Of a stretch of DNA of 64,000 bases, positions 19,450 through 29,230 are shown one piece after another. The DNA lies in assembly GCA_018992685.1 (NCBI GenBank), contig JACVGT010000003.1, forward strand, positions 96,001 to 160,000. The letters run 5' to 3'. This stretch comes from Theionarchaea archaeon (GTDB lineage Archaea; Methanobacteriota_B; Thermococci; Methanofastidiosales; SZ-28-30). A program made the translations under genes and the position numbers. The notes under the pieces are model-generated. The model made no database searches. It was not told the origin of the DNA and was given only the letters and a program-made list of their open reading frames with translations. Positions within the stretch are counted from its first letter, which is position 1, and each line of letters starts with the position of its first letter.

Positions 19450-20766
19450 GTGACAGAAGAGCTTACTCCAACGGAGATACTGGAACTGGAACTTCCTCCA
19501 GGAATAAGTGTCCTGATTGTCGGTCCTCCTGGGAGTGGGAAGACTATTCTTGCCCAGCAGCTGGTATATCGGGCTTTGAGAAAAGGAAAGTCTGCCATTG
19601 TAATGGCATCCAAGAGTCAGATTAATGCACTACGCCTGCAGGAGAAGATTTTCGGATGGGATGTTTCTCTGGACCTCAGCGAAGGAAGGCTGGGCCTCAT
19701 GGAAATCGAGAACGTCGGTGATCCAGCAGAACTGAATATTGGGCTTGCCCAGATCATACAGGAAGTGACGCCTCCTCTGGCCCTTGTGGTTGTGGATTCA
19801 TTGACAGTGCTGATGGTGGCCATGGAAGAGAGGAACATTATGAAGTTCACAGAAGGACTGGCCAGGAAACTTCAGGACCACAGAGTCAGTTCACTGCTCC
19901 TTGCTACTCCCACCAAGGAGACGGAGGATTTTCTCACCAAGATGAAGTCGCTGGTTTCGTCTGTCATCGAAATACGCCTGACTGAAATCGGGACAATCCG
20001 CAGGTACATGCGGATTTTCAAATTCCTGGACAGAAAGCATTCAACCTTATGGTACCCTTTTGAGATTACAAATGAAGGGATCAGGTTTGCAGCCTCTGCG
20101 GTAAAGACTCCAGATACTTTTCTATTTGATTTGGATGGCACCTTGGTGACCATGGAACTGGATTTTGTGAGCATCAGAAAAGAAGTGGACGACATTCTTG
20201 TCAGATGGGGATATCCTGGTGAGCTTCTGGATGAGGTCAAGTCCACGCTGGAAATCATCCAGGATGCAGTGTTCTACCTCAAGACTCACAACCAAGACGG
20301 AGAAGGACTGAAGAAGGAGGCAGAGACGTATCTGGAGCAGGTGGAGATGGAAGCTGCATCCAGAGCTCAGCCCATCCAGGGAGCCAGGACTGTTCTGCAG
20401 ATACTGAAGAAAAAGAAGAGGAAAGTGGGAATCATTACCCGGAATCATCGTGAAGTAGCATGTCGGGTGTTGAAGCGATGCAACCTGGAACAGTATGTGG
20501 ACCTTCTGCTGGCAAGAGATGATGTCGAACGGGTCAAGCCCCATCCTGACCATGTTCTCGAAGCTATAAAGAGACTGGGATCAGAGCCTGAGAAGACAGT
20601 GGTCCTGGGAGACCATCACTACGAGATTGAGGCGGGAAATGAGGCAGGCTGTTTTACCATTGGCGTCCTGACTGGGTCGGGAACCAGAAAAACCTTGAAA
20701 GATGCAGATCTCATCTTGAATTCTGTTGAGGATTTAAGAGAAGTATTTAGAACTGTGGGACGATAA
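19450..20766 (+). CDS. RAD55/KaiC-like ATPase fused to HAD phosphatase
   Basis: GPPGSGKT, VVVDSLT in N-half; FDLDGTL, ITRN, KPHP, GD in C-half; GTG 19450 follows TATA at ~19421. Confidence 0.85.
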   Translation: MTEELTPTEILELELPPGISVLIVGPPGSGKTILAQQLVYRALRKGKSAIVMASKSQINALRLQEKIFGWDVSLDLSEGRLGLMEIENVGDPAELNIGLAQIIQEVTPPLALVVVDSLTVLMVAMEERNIMKFTEGLARKLQDHRVSSLLLATPTKETEDFLTKMKSLVSSVIEIRLTEIGTIRRYMRIFKFLDRKHSTLWYPFEITNEGIRFAASAVKTPDTFLFDLDGTLVTMELDFVSIRKEVDDILVRWGYPGELLDEVKSTLEIIQDAVFYLKTHNQDGEGLKKEAETYLEQVEMEAASRAQPIQGARTVLQILKKKKRKVGIITRNHREVACRVLKRCNLEQYVDLLLARDDVERVKPHPDHVLEAIKRLGSEPEKTVVLGDHHYEIEAGNEAGCFTIGVLTGSGTRKTLKDADLILNSVEDLREVFRTVGR

Positions 20767-21244
20767 TCATGTCCTGTTTTCCAAAGGCGGTGTACTGTCC
20801 TTGGAGATAGAATTTTCCTGTTATGGCGGCTACTGCTGCATCCAGTTCGTGGGGGTTGGCTGGGACCTCGTCGATCTCGTAGGAGGCAAGATCTTCCACT
20901 CCAGCGATTCTGAGGATTTTCTTTGCAGCATAAGGGTACACTTCAATTACCGGACAGGCAATGCGATCTCTTATTGCCATCCCTCTCTGCGTGAGAGACT
21001 GCATGCCCTTGAAGGTGAGAGGAAGTATAGGGAAGCGGGTTCGGAGTTCTCTGTCACCATCTCTGAAGGGCTTCCCATGGAATGAGAGAGGAGCATCGAT
21101 TGCTGCAAGATCAATGCTGTTCTCACCGAGTATGGTGAGGATTTCAGTGTCCTCGTATATGGTATAGAACCGGGTCCTGGCATTGAGGATACACAGTCCC
21201 GTAGGTCGAGATGCTACTCCAGCCAAATCTATGCCTGCAATCAT
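20747..21244 (-). CDS. DUF429 (RNase H-like) predicted nuclease
   Basis: GIDLA, AIDAPL, R..DREL, IEVYP, HELDA. Confidence 0.85.
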   Translation of the reverse strand: MIAGIDLAGVASRPTGLCILNARTRFYTIYEDTEILTILGENSIDLAAIDAPLSFHGKPFRDGDRELRTRFPILPLTFKGMQSLTQRGMAIRDRIACPVIEVYPYAAKKILRIAGVEDLASYEIDEVPANPHELDAAVAAITGKFYLQGQYTAFGKQDMIIVPQF

Positions 21245-21351
21245 ATACTGAATGCGAGGGATATGGTAATAAGGATGTGTACACTATCTCAGGATTACGC
21301 TTGAAGAGGGAAACCGCAAACCATATATATGGAAGTTGTGTAGAAAAAGAG

Positions 21352-22692
21352 ATGATTAGCAAAGGATTGCTTCTGCTGGGCATTGTTATCCCTTATCTTC
21401 TGATGGTTCCTACTCAGGAAAAGATTACCATTACACAATTTGACCAGTACTATGTTTTATTGCCATCAGGGAATCTGGGAGCCACCTGGGACATTACCAT
21501 TTTACCCGAAGGCTATGTGAATAGCATGATTCTCCATGCCTTTTTTTCGAAGAGAGCGTATGTAAATGATGTAATTGTATCCGATGCTCAAGGCAGTCTC
21601 AACTCACGGATGATTGACAGGGAGGGCGTTCCCCTGATGGAAATAACCTTCAGAGAGCGACTGATCCAAGGAGAGGAATATCACTTTACGTGTGAGCTGG
21701 ATGTGTGGAAGGCCGTGGACATCGGAGAAACAGAAGGAAGTTTCACCTTACTCACAGGATACAACTTCCCCATTGAGAAGCTCAATGTCACAACCGAACT
21801 GCCCACGGGGTCCAAGTTGAGGAGCTACTTTCCCGCAGACGGAAAGGTGACTTCAGGAGAGAAATCTTCAGTCTTCTGGTCCATGGGTTCTGTTCCTGCA
21901 GGATACAATATCCAGATCAGTGTCTCGTTTGATCTCCTGTCTCAGGCTTTTGCCGACGGCTTATTCGCAGATGGAGTGAACCTTTACAACCTTCAGGATT
22001 TCGACAATGCTGCTGAAAAGTTCCAGCAGGCTGAAGACGTCTACCAATCACTGAACCTGCACCAGAACGTGACTGAGTGCAGCGTCTATTTGGATCGTAT
22101 TGAAGGAATGAAGATCGGACTTCCCGTTTTTGAAGAAGCTCTCACCCTGTATCAGAACAGAGACTATGCGCAAGCAGCTCTGAAGTATGCTGAAGTACTG
22201 GCCGTGTACCAGCTGCATCAAATACCCACAGACGACGTTGATGAATATATTGAGAAATGTAATACATTCGTTGAAGCCTACAGCGAGCTCGAAAAAGGAG
22301 ATGAACAGACTGACATGGGAAACCTCACAGAGGCTGTCAATCACTATAAGAAGGCCAGAGAGCTTTTTTCCCAGCTCGGGGATACTGTCATGGTTTCACA
22401 AGTTGATTCCACAATTCAACAGGTTACACAAGCTACCCCGCAGCCAGAGGACGCGCCCACTGAGAGGAGGGGAGGGAAAGGTGTGGTACTGATTGGACTG
22501 GTGGCCGTAGTCGGCATTGGAGTTGCATTGTATGTCATGAAGATGAAGAAGCCCACCCCTCTGCGTACTGAGGATGAGATTAGGGAAGAGATGCGGCAGC
22601 TTAAAGCACGATTTGTCTATGGAGAAATCAACAAGACAGAATATGAAGAACAACTCGCTTCTCTGGAGCAGCAAATCAAGGAATTCAAGTGA
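21352..22692 (+). CDS. Membrane protein: extracellular beta domain, TPR-like helices, TM, C-terminal SHOCT-like domain
   Basis: Signal peptide from ATG 21352; A...Y..A repeats; LKARFVYGEINKTEYE. Confidence 0.75.
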   Translation: MISKGLLLLGIVIPYLLMVPTQEKITITQFDQYYVLLPSGNLGATWDITILPEGYVNSMILHAFFSKRAYVNDVIVSDAQGSLNSRMIDREGVPLMEITFRERLIQGEEYHFTCELDVWKAVDIGETEGSFTLLTGYNFPIEKLNVTTELPTGSKLRSYFPADGKVTSGEKSSVFWSMGSVPAGYNIQISVSFDLLSQAFADGLFADGVNLYNLQDFDNAAEKFQQAEDVYQSLNLHQNVTECSVYLDRIEGMKIGLPVFEEALTLYQNRDYAQAALKYAEVLAVYQLHQIPTDDVDEYIEKCNTFVEAYSELEKGDEQTDMGNLTEAVNHYKKARELFSQLGDTVMVSQVDSTIQQVTQATPQPEDAPTERRGGKGVVLIGLVAVVGIGVALYVMKMKKPTPLRTEDEIREEMRQLKARFVYGEINKTEYEEQLASLEQQIKEFK

Positions 22693-22901
22693 TTCTTCTC
22701 GATTCTGGGAAAAGGTGAAGGGAGCAGGTACACTCATATGCAGTTTTCCCTTTTTCAGCTGGTGAACTGAATGGAACTGATTGGAGTGAGTTGTAGTCAC
22801 ATATCCGCTAAAAAAAAAGATGAAGGAGGAATGCGGGGGTGATCTCTTTTTCTTGACCCTCTTTTTGCGAGCATTTTCGGTTACTGTGCCCTTATTTCTC
22901 T

Positions 22902-24767
22902 TCACAGCTCGTCAAGGCATTTTTCAGCCCTTTCCATGGCAGCTGTTGCCTGCAGTGCCCAATAGTTGGCTGCTATGTAGTTACTTTTTTGGTAGTTTTC
23001 TTCTGCGAGCCTGAGATATTCCTCGACCTGATTGAGCAAGTCTTCACATGGTGTTGTGTCTTTTCCTTCACTTTCCAGCAAGGCGAATTGCTCATTGAGC
23101 GATTCCAGAATGTTTCGTGCTTCTTGTATTCGATTATTGGCCAGCGTCTGGATTTGTTGGTTGCTGTCGGTGGGTTTGGTGATTAGCTGGGCGGCACCAG
23201 GAATTGCGACTTTGTTCGAAATTGCCAGGGGAGAAAATACTGTTTCAGAAGAAACGCTGTCTGTCCCCGAAGCATTGCCTGAGAATAGTACTACACCTCC
23301 AGTACTCCCTGAAAAAACGGTGTATTCCCAGACGAAGTTGACAGACTGACCGCTCACCAGATCAGCCTTAACCGGAGCAGGCCCTGAACTCAGTGCTGCT
23401 GAAGCTGTTCCTATGGTGATTACTGTTAAAGGAGAAGGAGTGACAGCAGTTATTGTGACACCTGAGAGGTTCGTTACTTCCATTGTGACAGTCACCGTAT
23501 CACCAGAGAGAGCGAGGTCGGGCTCTGCAACCAGTGTTGCACTCAGCGGATAGGTGGCACTGTAGTACTGTTTGAGGAACTCATCCCAGAATGTATTCTC
23601 TGCCAGCGCAGTGGACGTTTCATAGCTTGATTGGTATCCCGTGGATGTTGAGGGAAAGTAGATGGACATCCCATGGGCATTACGGCTCCCGTATCCGTGA
23701 CCTTCTGCAACCACCGCTTGATCTATGGCTTTCATCACCTGGCCAGCATCGCGCTGAAGCGTGGGATGAGGTACAGAACTGGCTATGAGCTGAGCGAAAT
23801 GGTATAGATCAATGTAGTCTAAATCTGAAAACGCTTCTGCTTGAGTTCTGGCTGCTTGAATGAGTGGTTCATATCCTTTTGCTCCAGCCAGATGTTGGGC
23901 AAATACATTCAGTGATTCCACGACCGTGCTGGTGGGGTTTAGATGTGCTGCAGACTGCGTTTCTGGTCCCAGTCTTCCGTAAAAATTGACGTATGTTTCT
24001 ACTATCTTGCTGCAAACAGCTTCCAAGGAAGCCTCAGGAGTATTGACCAAATAGTCTAGGAATCCTATGTAGTCCCAGCCGTCTCCCGGTTCATATTCTT
24101 CTGAACCCACAGCAAAGTGAGCGAAGGGTAAAATCTCATGATCGACTTCCACCATAGCCATAAAGCAGGCATCGAATCCCACAATATCCAGCGGACAGTC
24201 CCCATTGCAGGTGATACTGTCCAGAGCCGTTCTTACCTCGGACAATGAAAGCTCGTCACTATCGGTGTCGTCAACGCACACTGCCCTGACCGGGGCTGGG
24301 ACTCCCTTCCATCCAGATCCATGATCCCAGAATACGAGCAGGTAGTGATCTGCTGAATAATTGGTCTGGGCCCACTGTACAAAATCCACTAGTGTATTAG
24401 GGTTTCCCATATTGACTTCGCCCAGGTCGCCAACCAGCTCGGAGGTAATGAGCGTATCGTACCCGTTCGTATCACGGGTAACACGGTATCTCTTGGCAGT
24501 TTCCCAGTCTCCATTGGAGTTGTCATAATCGTCATGTCGATCAATTTGCACGACAATGTTGACTTTGGATGTTGAGCCGACAGCTTCCATCTCGTTGAGA
24601 TCATCGATGGCAGAAGGCTCCAGGTTGTTGTCTCCGTCCATGTACACCATGACTGTCCAGTTGGCTGTTGCATGAAGGGGAAAAGGGGCTACAGAAATCA
24701 GAATGCAGAATAAAAGAGGGGCAACTACGGTCAATTTCTTGCTGTACATCTTTTTCCTCCTATTCAT
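22902..24767 (-). CDS. Secreted clostripain-family (C11) cysteine peptidase
   Basis: WTVMVYMDGDNNLE, NMG, DHGSGW (His), FDACFM (Cys), SEE, GMSIYFP; C-terminal Ig-like and helical domains. Confidence 0.92.
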   Translation of the reverse strand: MNRRKKMYSKKLTVVAPLLFCILISVAPFPLHATANWTVMVYMDGDNNLEPSAIDDLNEMEAVGSTSKVNIVVQIDRHDDYDNSNGDWETAKRYRVTRDTNGYDTLITSELVGDLGEVNMGNPNTLVDFVQWAQTNYSADHYLLVFWDHGSGWKGVPAPVRAVCVDDTDSDELSLSEVRTALDSITCNGDCPLDIVGFDACFMAMVEVDHEILPFAHFAVGSEEYEPGDGWDYIGFLDYLVNTPEASLEAVCSKIVETYVNFYGRLGPETQSAAHLNPTSTVVESLNVFAQHLAGAKGYEPLIQAARTQAEAFSDLDYIDLYHFAQLIASSVPHPTLQRDAGQVMKAIDQAVVAEGHGYGSRNAHGMSIYFPSTSTGYQSSYETSTALAENTFWDEFLKQYYSATYPLSATLVAEPDLALSGDTVTVTMEVTNLSGVTITAVTPSPLTVITIGTASAALSSGPAPVKADLVSGQSVNFVWEYTVFSGSTGGVVLFSGNASGTDSVSSETVFSPLAISNKVAIPGAAQLITKPTDSNQQIQTLANNRIQEARNILESLNEQFALLESEGKDTTPCEDLLNQVEEYLRLAEENYQKSNYIAANYWALQATAAMERAEKCLDEL

Positions 24768-24944
24768 CTTATTCTTCTAATAAGGATTAGTATCTTTATA
24801 AAGCTTTCGGTAATAAGTAAGAATTCCATGTGATTTTCAACGATACTTCAAGATTTGCAAGTTCAAATTTTGAGAAAAGTTCTCACATAGCTGCAAGATA
24901 TGTAATAGTAGAAGTTCATGCATGATTAGGTCTGGTCAGAAAAT

Positions 24945-25349
24945 TCAGTCGACGTGAGAAAGAGTAATATGCATCTTCTGACGAGGATTCTTCATCTTGC
25001 TGATGAGATCCCTATTGAGGTCGATGGCAGCTTTTGAAGCATGTATCAAGAGAGTTCGGGGGCACAGGAATGAACTCTTTCTTAGTATGATTGCTCTCGT
25101 ATCGGTGAATTGCAGGGAAGGATGGATGAAGCCAGTAATTCTTTCCACTATACCGCCTGCTGCGATCACAAGTGTGACATGTGAATTCTTCAGAGAGAGC
25201 AACTCGTCTCTTAGATCGGACAATGCGTGAGAGGCACGAACTCCTATGATGCAGTCTCCTTTTCTGGTAAGCCAGTCCTCCGTGGTGACTTCGATAGTGG
25301 TACGGTGCAGGGCTAACATATTTGGATGGCCGTATGCTGTAATGTCCAT
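24945..25349 (-). CDS. DUF371 family protein
   Basis: GHPN..A.H.TTIEVT...LT.KGDCIIG, RKS....RTL. Confidence 0.9.
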   Translation of the reverse strand: MDITAYGHPNMLALHRTTIEVTTEDWLTRKGDCIIGVRASHALSDLRDELLSLKNSHVTLVIAAGGIVERITGFIHPSLQFTDTRAIILRKSSFLCPRTLLIHASKAAIDLNRDLISKMKNPRQKMHITLSHVD

Positions 25350-25399
25350 GAACCCTGTTGGGACAAAGGCTTAAATCTATTGCTCTTCTACGCACTGGC

Positions 25400-26194
25400 A
25401 TGATACGGAAGGCCGTCGGAGCCGATGAGGAGGATCTGAGACGACTGTGTATGGCTGTGAATGAAAAGGATTACGTTCTGAACCTTCTGTCCGGGTGGCT
25501 GAAGGAGGGTTCGTTGTGCGTACACGAGAAGGAAGGGGCCATTGTGGGCATGATACGGTGCACCTCTTCCAGAGATCATCAGGGACACCTCGGCGCAGTG
25601 AGAGTTCATCCCCGACACCGGAGACGGGGCATTGCAGCTGCCTTGACTGAGCACTGCATTGCACAATGCCGGGCTCCAGTGGTCAGGCTGGCCGTTGTGG
25701 ACAACGAAGCCAGCGAGAACCTCGCCAGAAAGATGGGATTCACCCAGGTGGCAGTGTTCACTCCACTCACTCACCCTCTTCTGGATGTGTCTCCCGTGTC
25801 ATACAGAGCAGGGACAGGAAAAGAGGCCCTCCGCCTACTCAGAACCTCCGGAATGTTCAAAGAGAACGCTTCTCTGCTTTCCACCAGTTTCATGTTCTAT
25901 ACTCCAACAGAGGAGCTCTTGGATCCCCTCTTTGTTGCAATGAGTCAAGACCAGGAGCATCTGATAGTAGTTGATTTTATGGTTGAAGAGGCTTTGGGAT
26001 ATGCATCGCAGATTGCCTACTGTGATTGTGACCCTCAGCTTGTTCGCGCAGCCCTCTATGAGTCCCAAGAGAGAGGCATGAAAGAGGTCTGGGCAATCAT
26101 CCCCAAGAAAGACACGGTGGTGAATATGTTGACAGCACTTGGATTCGAGGGGCGGGGAAAGACCATCAAAGTGTTCGAAAGGCAAGCAGAATGA
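25400..26194 (+). CDS. GNAT N-acetyltransferase
   Basis: VRVHPRHRRRGIA, N.AS......GF. Confidence 0.85.
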   Translation: MIRKAVGADEEDLRRLCMAVNEKDYVLNLLSGWLKEGSLCVHEKEGAIVGMIRCTSSRDHQGHLGAVRVHPRHRRRGIAAALTEHCIAQCRAPVVRLAVVDNEASENLARKMGFTQVAVFTPLTHPLLDVSPVSYRAGTGKEALRLLRTSGMFKENASLLSTSFMFYTPTEELLDPLFVAMSQDQEHLIVVDFMVEEALGYASQIAYCDCDPQLVRAALYESQERGMKEVWAIIPKKDTVVNMLTALGFEGRGKTIKVFERQAE

Positions 26195-26298
26195 ATCACT
26201 TTGCTTGGAATACATGTTTTCTTTCTTCTGTGTTATCTTGGATCACTTTCATAGAAAGCTATATATAGGGAAGACTGAACACAGTACGAGGTGTTTGC

Positions 26299-26601
26299 AT
26301 GCCGGAGAAGAAAACGAAGCAAGAAGTGAAAGATGAAGACGTCGTGTACATCGGTAGAAAGCCGGTGATGAGCTACGTGCTCGCTGCCGTAACTCAGTTC
26401 AATATTGGAAATTCAAACAAGGTGGTGCTCAAGGCCAGAGGGAGGGCTATATCCAAAGCTGTCGACGTGTCTGAGATTGTCAGGAACAAGTTCATTCAAG
26501 AGCTCAAGGTCGATGACATAAAGATCGGGACAGAGGAGGTCAAGCGCGAAGACGGGTCTGCATCAAATGTGTCCTCCATTGAGATCTACATGTCGAAGTA
26601 G
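26299..26601 (+). CDS. albA: DNA/RNA-binding protein Alba
   Basis: [28 protein letters not shown]. Confidence 0.97.
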   Translation: MPEKKTKQEVKDEDVVYIGRKPVMSYVLAAVTQFNIGNSNKVVLKARGRAISKAVDVSEIVRNKFIQELKVDDIKIGTEEVKREDGSASNVSSIEIYMSK

Positions 26602-26800
26602 TCCACCTCATCATATTTCCTTTTTAATTCTTTCCTTTTCCTGGAGCCAGTGGCATGTGATTCCGAACTGCAATATGATTCTACTTATTCTCTCACTGTC
26701 TGGGGAGGTACCAGATTCTTCTCACGTCCAATGATCTGGCTTTTCCACAGTGGCAGTGATGAGAGTAAACCTTTTTATTTCCACCAAAGAAACCACACCC

Positions 26801-27754
26801 ATGATGCGAGGAAAACTGGACCCAGAAAGGCTCAAGAATCTTGTTATGCCTTATCTGGGAGCACTGAACCCCATGGTTTGTGTTCCTCCGAGGCTAGGTG
26901 AGGATGCTGCAGTGATAGACCTGGGCTGCACGTACCTAGTACTCGCTTCAGACCCCATTACCGGAGCAATAGATAATATCGGCATGTATTCCGTCAATGT
27001 GAATGCTAACGATGTAGCCTGTATGGGGGGGACTCCTCAATTCTTCTTGTCTGTGATATTACTCCCTGAGGCTTATACTGATAGCCAGCTGCAAAAGATA
27101 GCTTCAGATATCTCAAACGAGGCCAAGACCCTCAATGTGGCCATTGTGGGGGGACATACAGAGACCTTTCCCTTTGATGACCCAATAGTAGTGGGGACAA
27201 TGGTGGGAACCACTGATACTGTTGTCACGTCTGCAGGAGCACATTTTGGTGATAATATTCTCCTCACAAAGGGAGCAGCAATTGAAGGAACCAGTATTCT
27301 TGCCACAGATTTGTATGACGTGCTCAAAGAGAAGGTAGACCTCCATCTCCTGAAGAGGGCACAGAAGTACCTCGCGCGAATTTCAGTGGTAGAGGAAGCC
27401 TTGCTTTCCAGAGAATACGCTACAGCCATGCATGATCCCACAGAAGGAGGAATTGCAGGGGCTTTGAATGAACTTGCCGATGCCTCCAAGGTCGGGTTCT
27501 CTGTGGACACGGACAAGATTCCAGTGTCTCAGGAGACGAGGGCTATCTGTTCTGCACTCTCTGTAGACCCACTGAGGCTCATCAGTTCAGGTTCACTGCT
27601 CATCACCGTTCCGAAAAATACCACTCCCGATCTTGTGGAGTCGCTGAAAAAGAACGGAATACCGGTTGCCATAATTGGTGAAATCACAGAGGGCAGAAAT
27701 CTTGAACCTGCAAAACAGGATGAATTGTGGCGAATACTTGAAGAGTCTCCATAG
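26801..27754 (+). CDS. AIR synthase/HypE-related (PurM superfamily) protein
   Basis: GEDAA, SDPIT, NANDVA..G, GGHTE, MHDPTEGG, SSGSLL. Confidence 0.85.
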   Translation: MMRGKLDPERLKNLVMPYLGALNPMVCVPPRLGEDAAVIDLGCTYLVLASDPITGAIDNIGMYSVNVNANDVACMGGTPQFFLSVILLPEAYTDSQLQKIASDISNEAKTLNVAIVGGHTETFPFDDPIVVGTMVGTTDTVVTSAGAHFGDNILLTKGAAIEGTSILATDLYDVLKEKVDLHLLKRAQKYLARISVVEEALLSREYATAMHDPTEGGIAGALNELADASKVGFSVDTDKIPVSQETRAICSALSVDPLRLISSGSLLITVPKNTTPDLVESLKKNGIPVAIIGEITEGRNLEPAKQDELWRILEESP

Positions 27755-27763
27755 AATTTATGA

Positions 27764-27991
27764 TCAAATGGCAATCATCGTAGAAGTCATCTGAACAGAT
27801 GGGATGGTTCTCACATTTTCTGTAATAAAGGTATCCAGTTTCTTCAGTTCATCAACAGTGATCTTGGCAATGACATCATACTCCCCGTACACCACGTAGG
27901 CTTCTTCCACATAAGGCATACTTTTCATCTTCTGGACAACCTCTCTTTCTTTTCCTGCGTCTGTCACGCACAGTACAAATGCTGTAACCAT
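27764..27991 (-). CDS. Stand-alone Lrp/AsnC ligand-binding (RAM) domain protein
   Basis: AFVL, VYGEYDVIAK, V..T.T. Confidence 0.9.
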   Translation of the reverse strand: MVTAFVLCVTDAGKEREVVQKMKSMPYVEEAYVVYGEYDVIAKITVDELKKLDTFITENVRTIPSVQMTSTMIAI

Positions 27992-28163
27992 GTTCTCACC
28001 AGATGTGAGGGGTTTCCTGTACTTATAAACCTTTTGATTTCCAGTTCCAAAGTCCTACTGAAGTGATCTCTCTCGTTCTCGAAACATAAACCCTCTGGAA
28101 AGCTGCAGCACCCGGATTCGGACCATACGTGAATTGAATCGACAGACACTCTCAATTTCCCTC

Positions 28164-29108
28164 TTATAGCGGATGTTCTCTCCTATTCTGGTAGATGGGA
28201 AGCACGTATTTCAGGTCTTCTGCAATTCCATTGTCCTGCATCCAGTGAAGGATGCCGAAGAATTCTGTGAAAGAAGAACTGCGCAGAATGTTGACCCAGG
28301 CAACGAGATGATTCTCCACTTTGAAGGTCAACCCCGTGCAGGGGAGCTGCAGGAGGAAGTCTGACAGCCCTTTCTCGTAGTCAGTCTTCAGGAGGAGGTA
28401 GAAATCCGCATACATGGAAGCTCCTTCAGGATAGTAGGGGACTGTGACAATGCAATTTTCTTTGACTCGATCATAGCTCTGATAGAAGAGCCACTTCGAG
28501 ATCTTGTGTTTCTTTACAATTTCAGTGAACGTTCTTCTCATATTGTACTTCAGATCGTAAAATAACCGCCATTCCAAATCAGTCCAGACGATTTTTCTTG
28601 AGGGGAGGTCTGTAGAGAGAAACCCTGGTTCCAATTTCTCCTCCTGCAAGTTTTTCTTGAATTCATCGAATACATCCCGATAGGTCGTATGTGTCACGTG
28701 GGTGAAGGAGTAGTCTCCTCGAAATCCTTCCAGTACTGTTTCTTTATGACTGGGATGCGACTCGAAATCCATGGGAGAATCCGTAAACACAATCAGGTCA
28801 AAAGCACCTGACGTTAAACACTGGAAAATTACTCGGGGATTCCCTTCGAGTTCTTGAAAAACTCTCATAGGTTTGTCAAATTGCATGAAGTACACATATT
28901 CCTTCAGATCTTGAAACATCTTGAGTCGTAGTCCGGGAGGGAAAAGGATCTCGTGGTCGATCATGTGGTTGTAGTGAGAGGTTACTGTATTCCTCGCCAG
29001 CCCCAATTTGCGAGATATGCTTGTGAGGGAAATCCTTTCATCCTGAACAAGTTGCTCATAAATGCTGAGACGAATATCCGCTTTTTGTGGTTCAGTCAAT
29101 CTGCTCAC
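28164..29108 (-). CDS. Tandem winged-HTH transcriptional regulator
   Basis: LTSISRKLGLARNTV HTH; EYVYF, YPEG...Y, T.YE shared with 9035-10030. Confidence 0.8.
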   Translation of the reverse strand: MSRLTEPQKADIRLSIYEQLVQDERISLTSISRKLGLARNTVTSHYNHMIDHEILFPPGLRLKMFQDLKEYVYFMQFDKPMRVFQELEGNPRVIFQCLTSGAFDLIVFTDSPMDFESHPSHKETVLEGFRGDYSFTHVTHTTYRDVFDEFKKNLQEEKLEPGFLSTDLPSRKIVWTDLEWRLFYDLKYNMRRTFTEIVKKHKISKWLFYQSYDRVKENCIVTVPYYPEGASMYADFYLLLKTDYEKGLSDFLLQLPCTGLTFKVENHLVAWVNILRSSSFTEFFGILHWMQDNGIAEDLKYVLPIYQNRREHPL

Positions 29109-29205
29109 TTTATCTACCCATGTTTTTTTATACAGAAAGTCTATATAAAGATTTGTACCGTTCAGCTCGATAGCTAAACTGGCACAATGTACTATCGCCC
29201 CCCTC

Positions 29206-29230
29206 GAGATCGGTCCACTGGACCGATCTC
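29206..29230. repeat. Perfect 12-bp inverted repeat with 1-nt centre
   Basis: GAGATCGGTCCA-C-TGGACCGATCTC. Confidence 0.9.
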
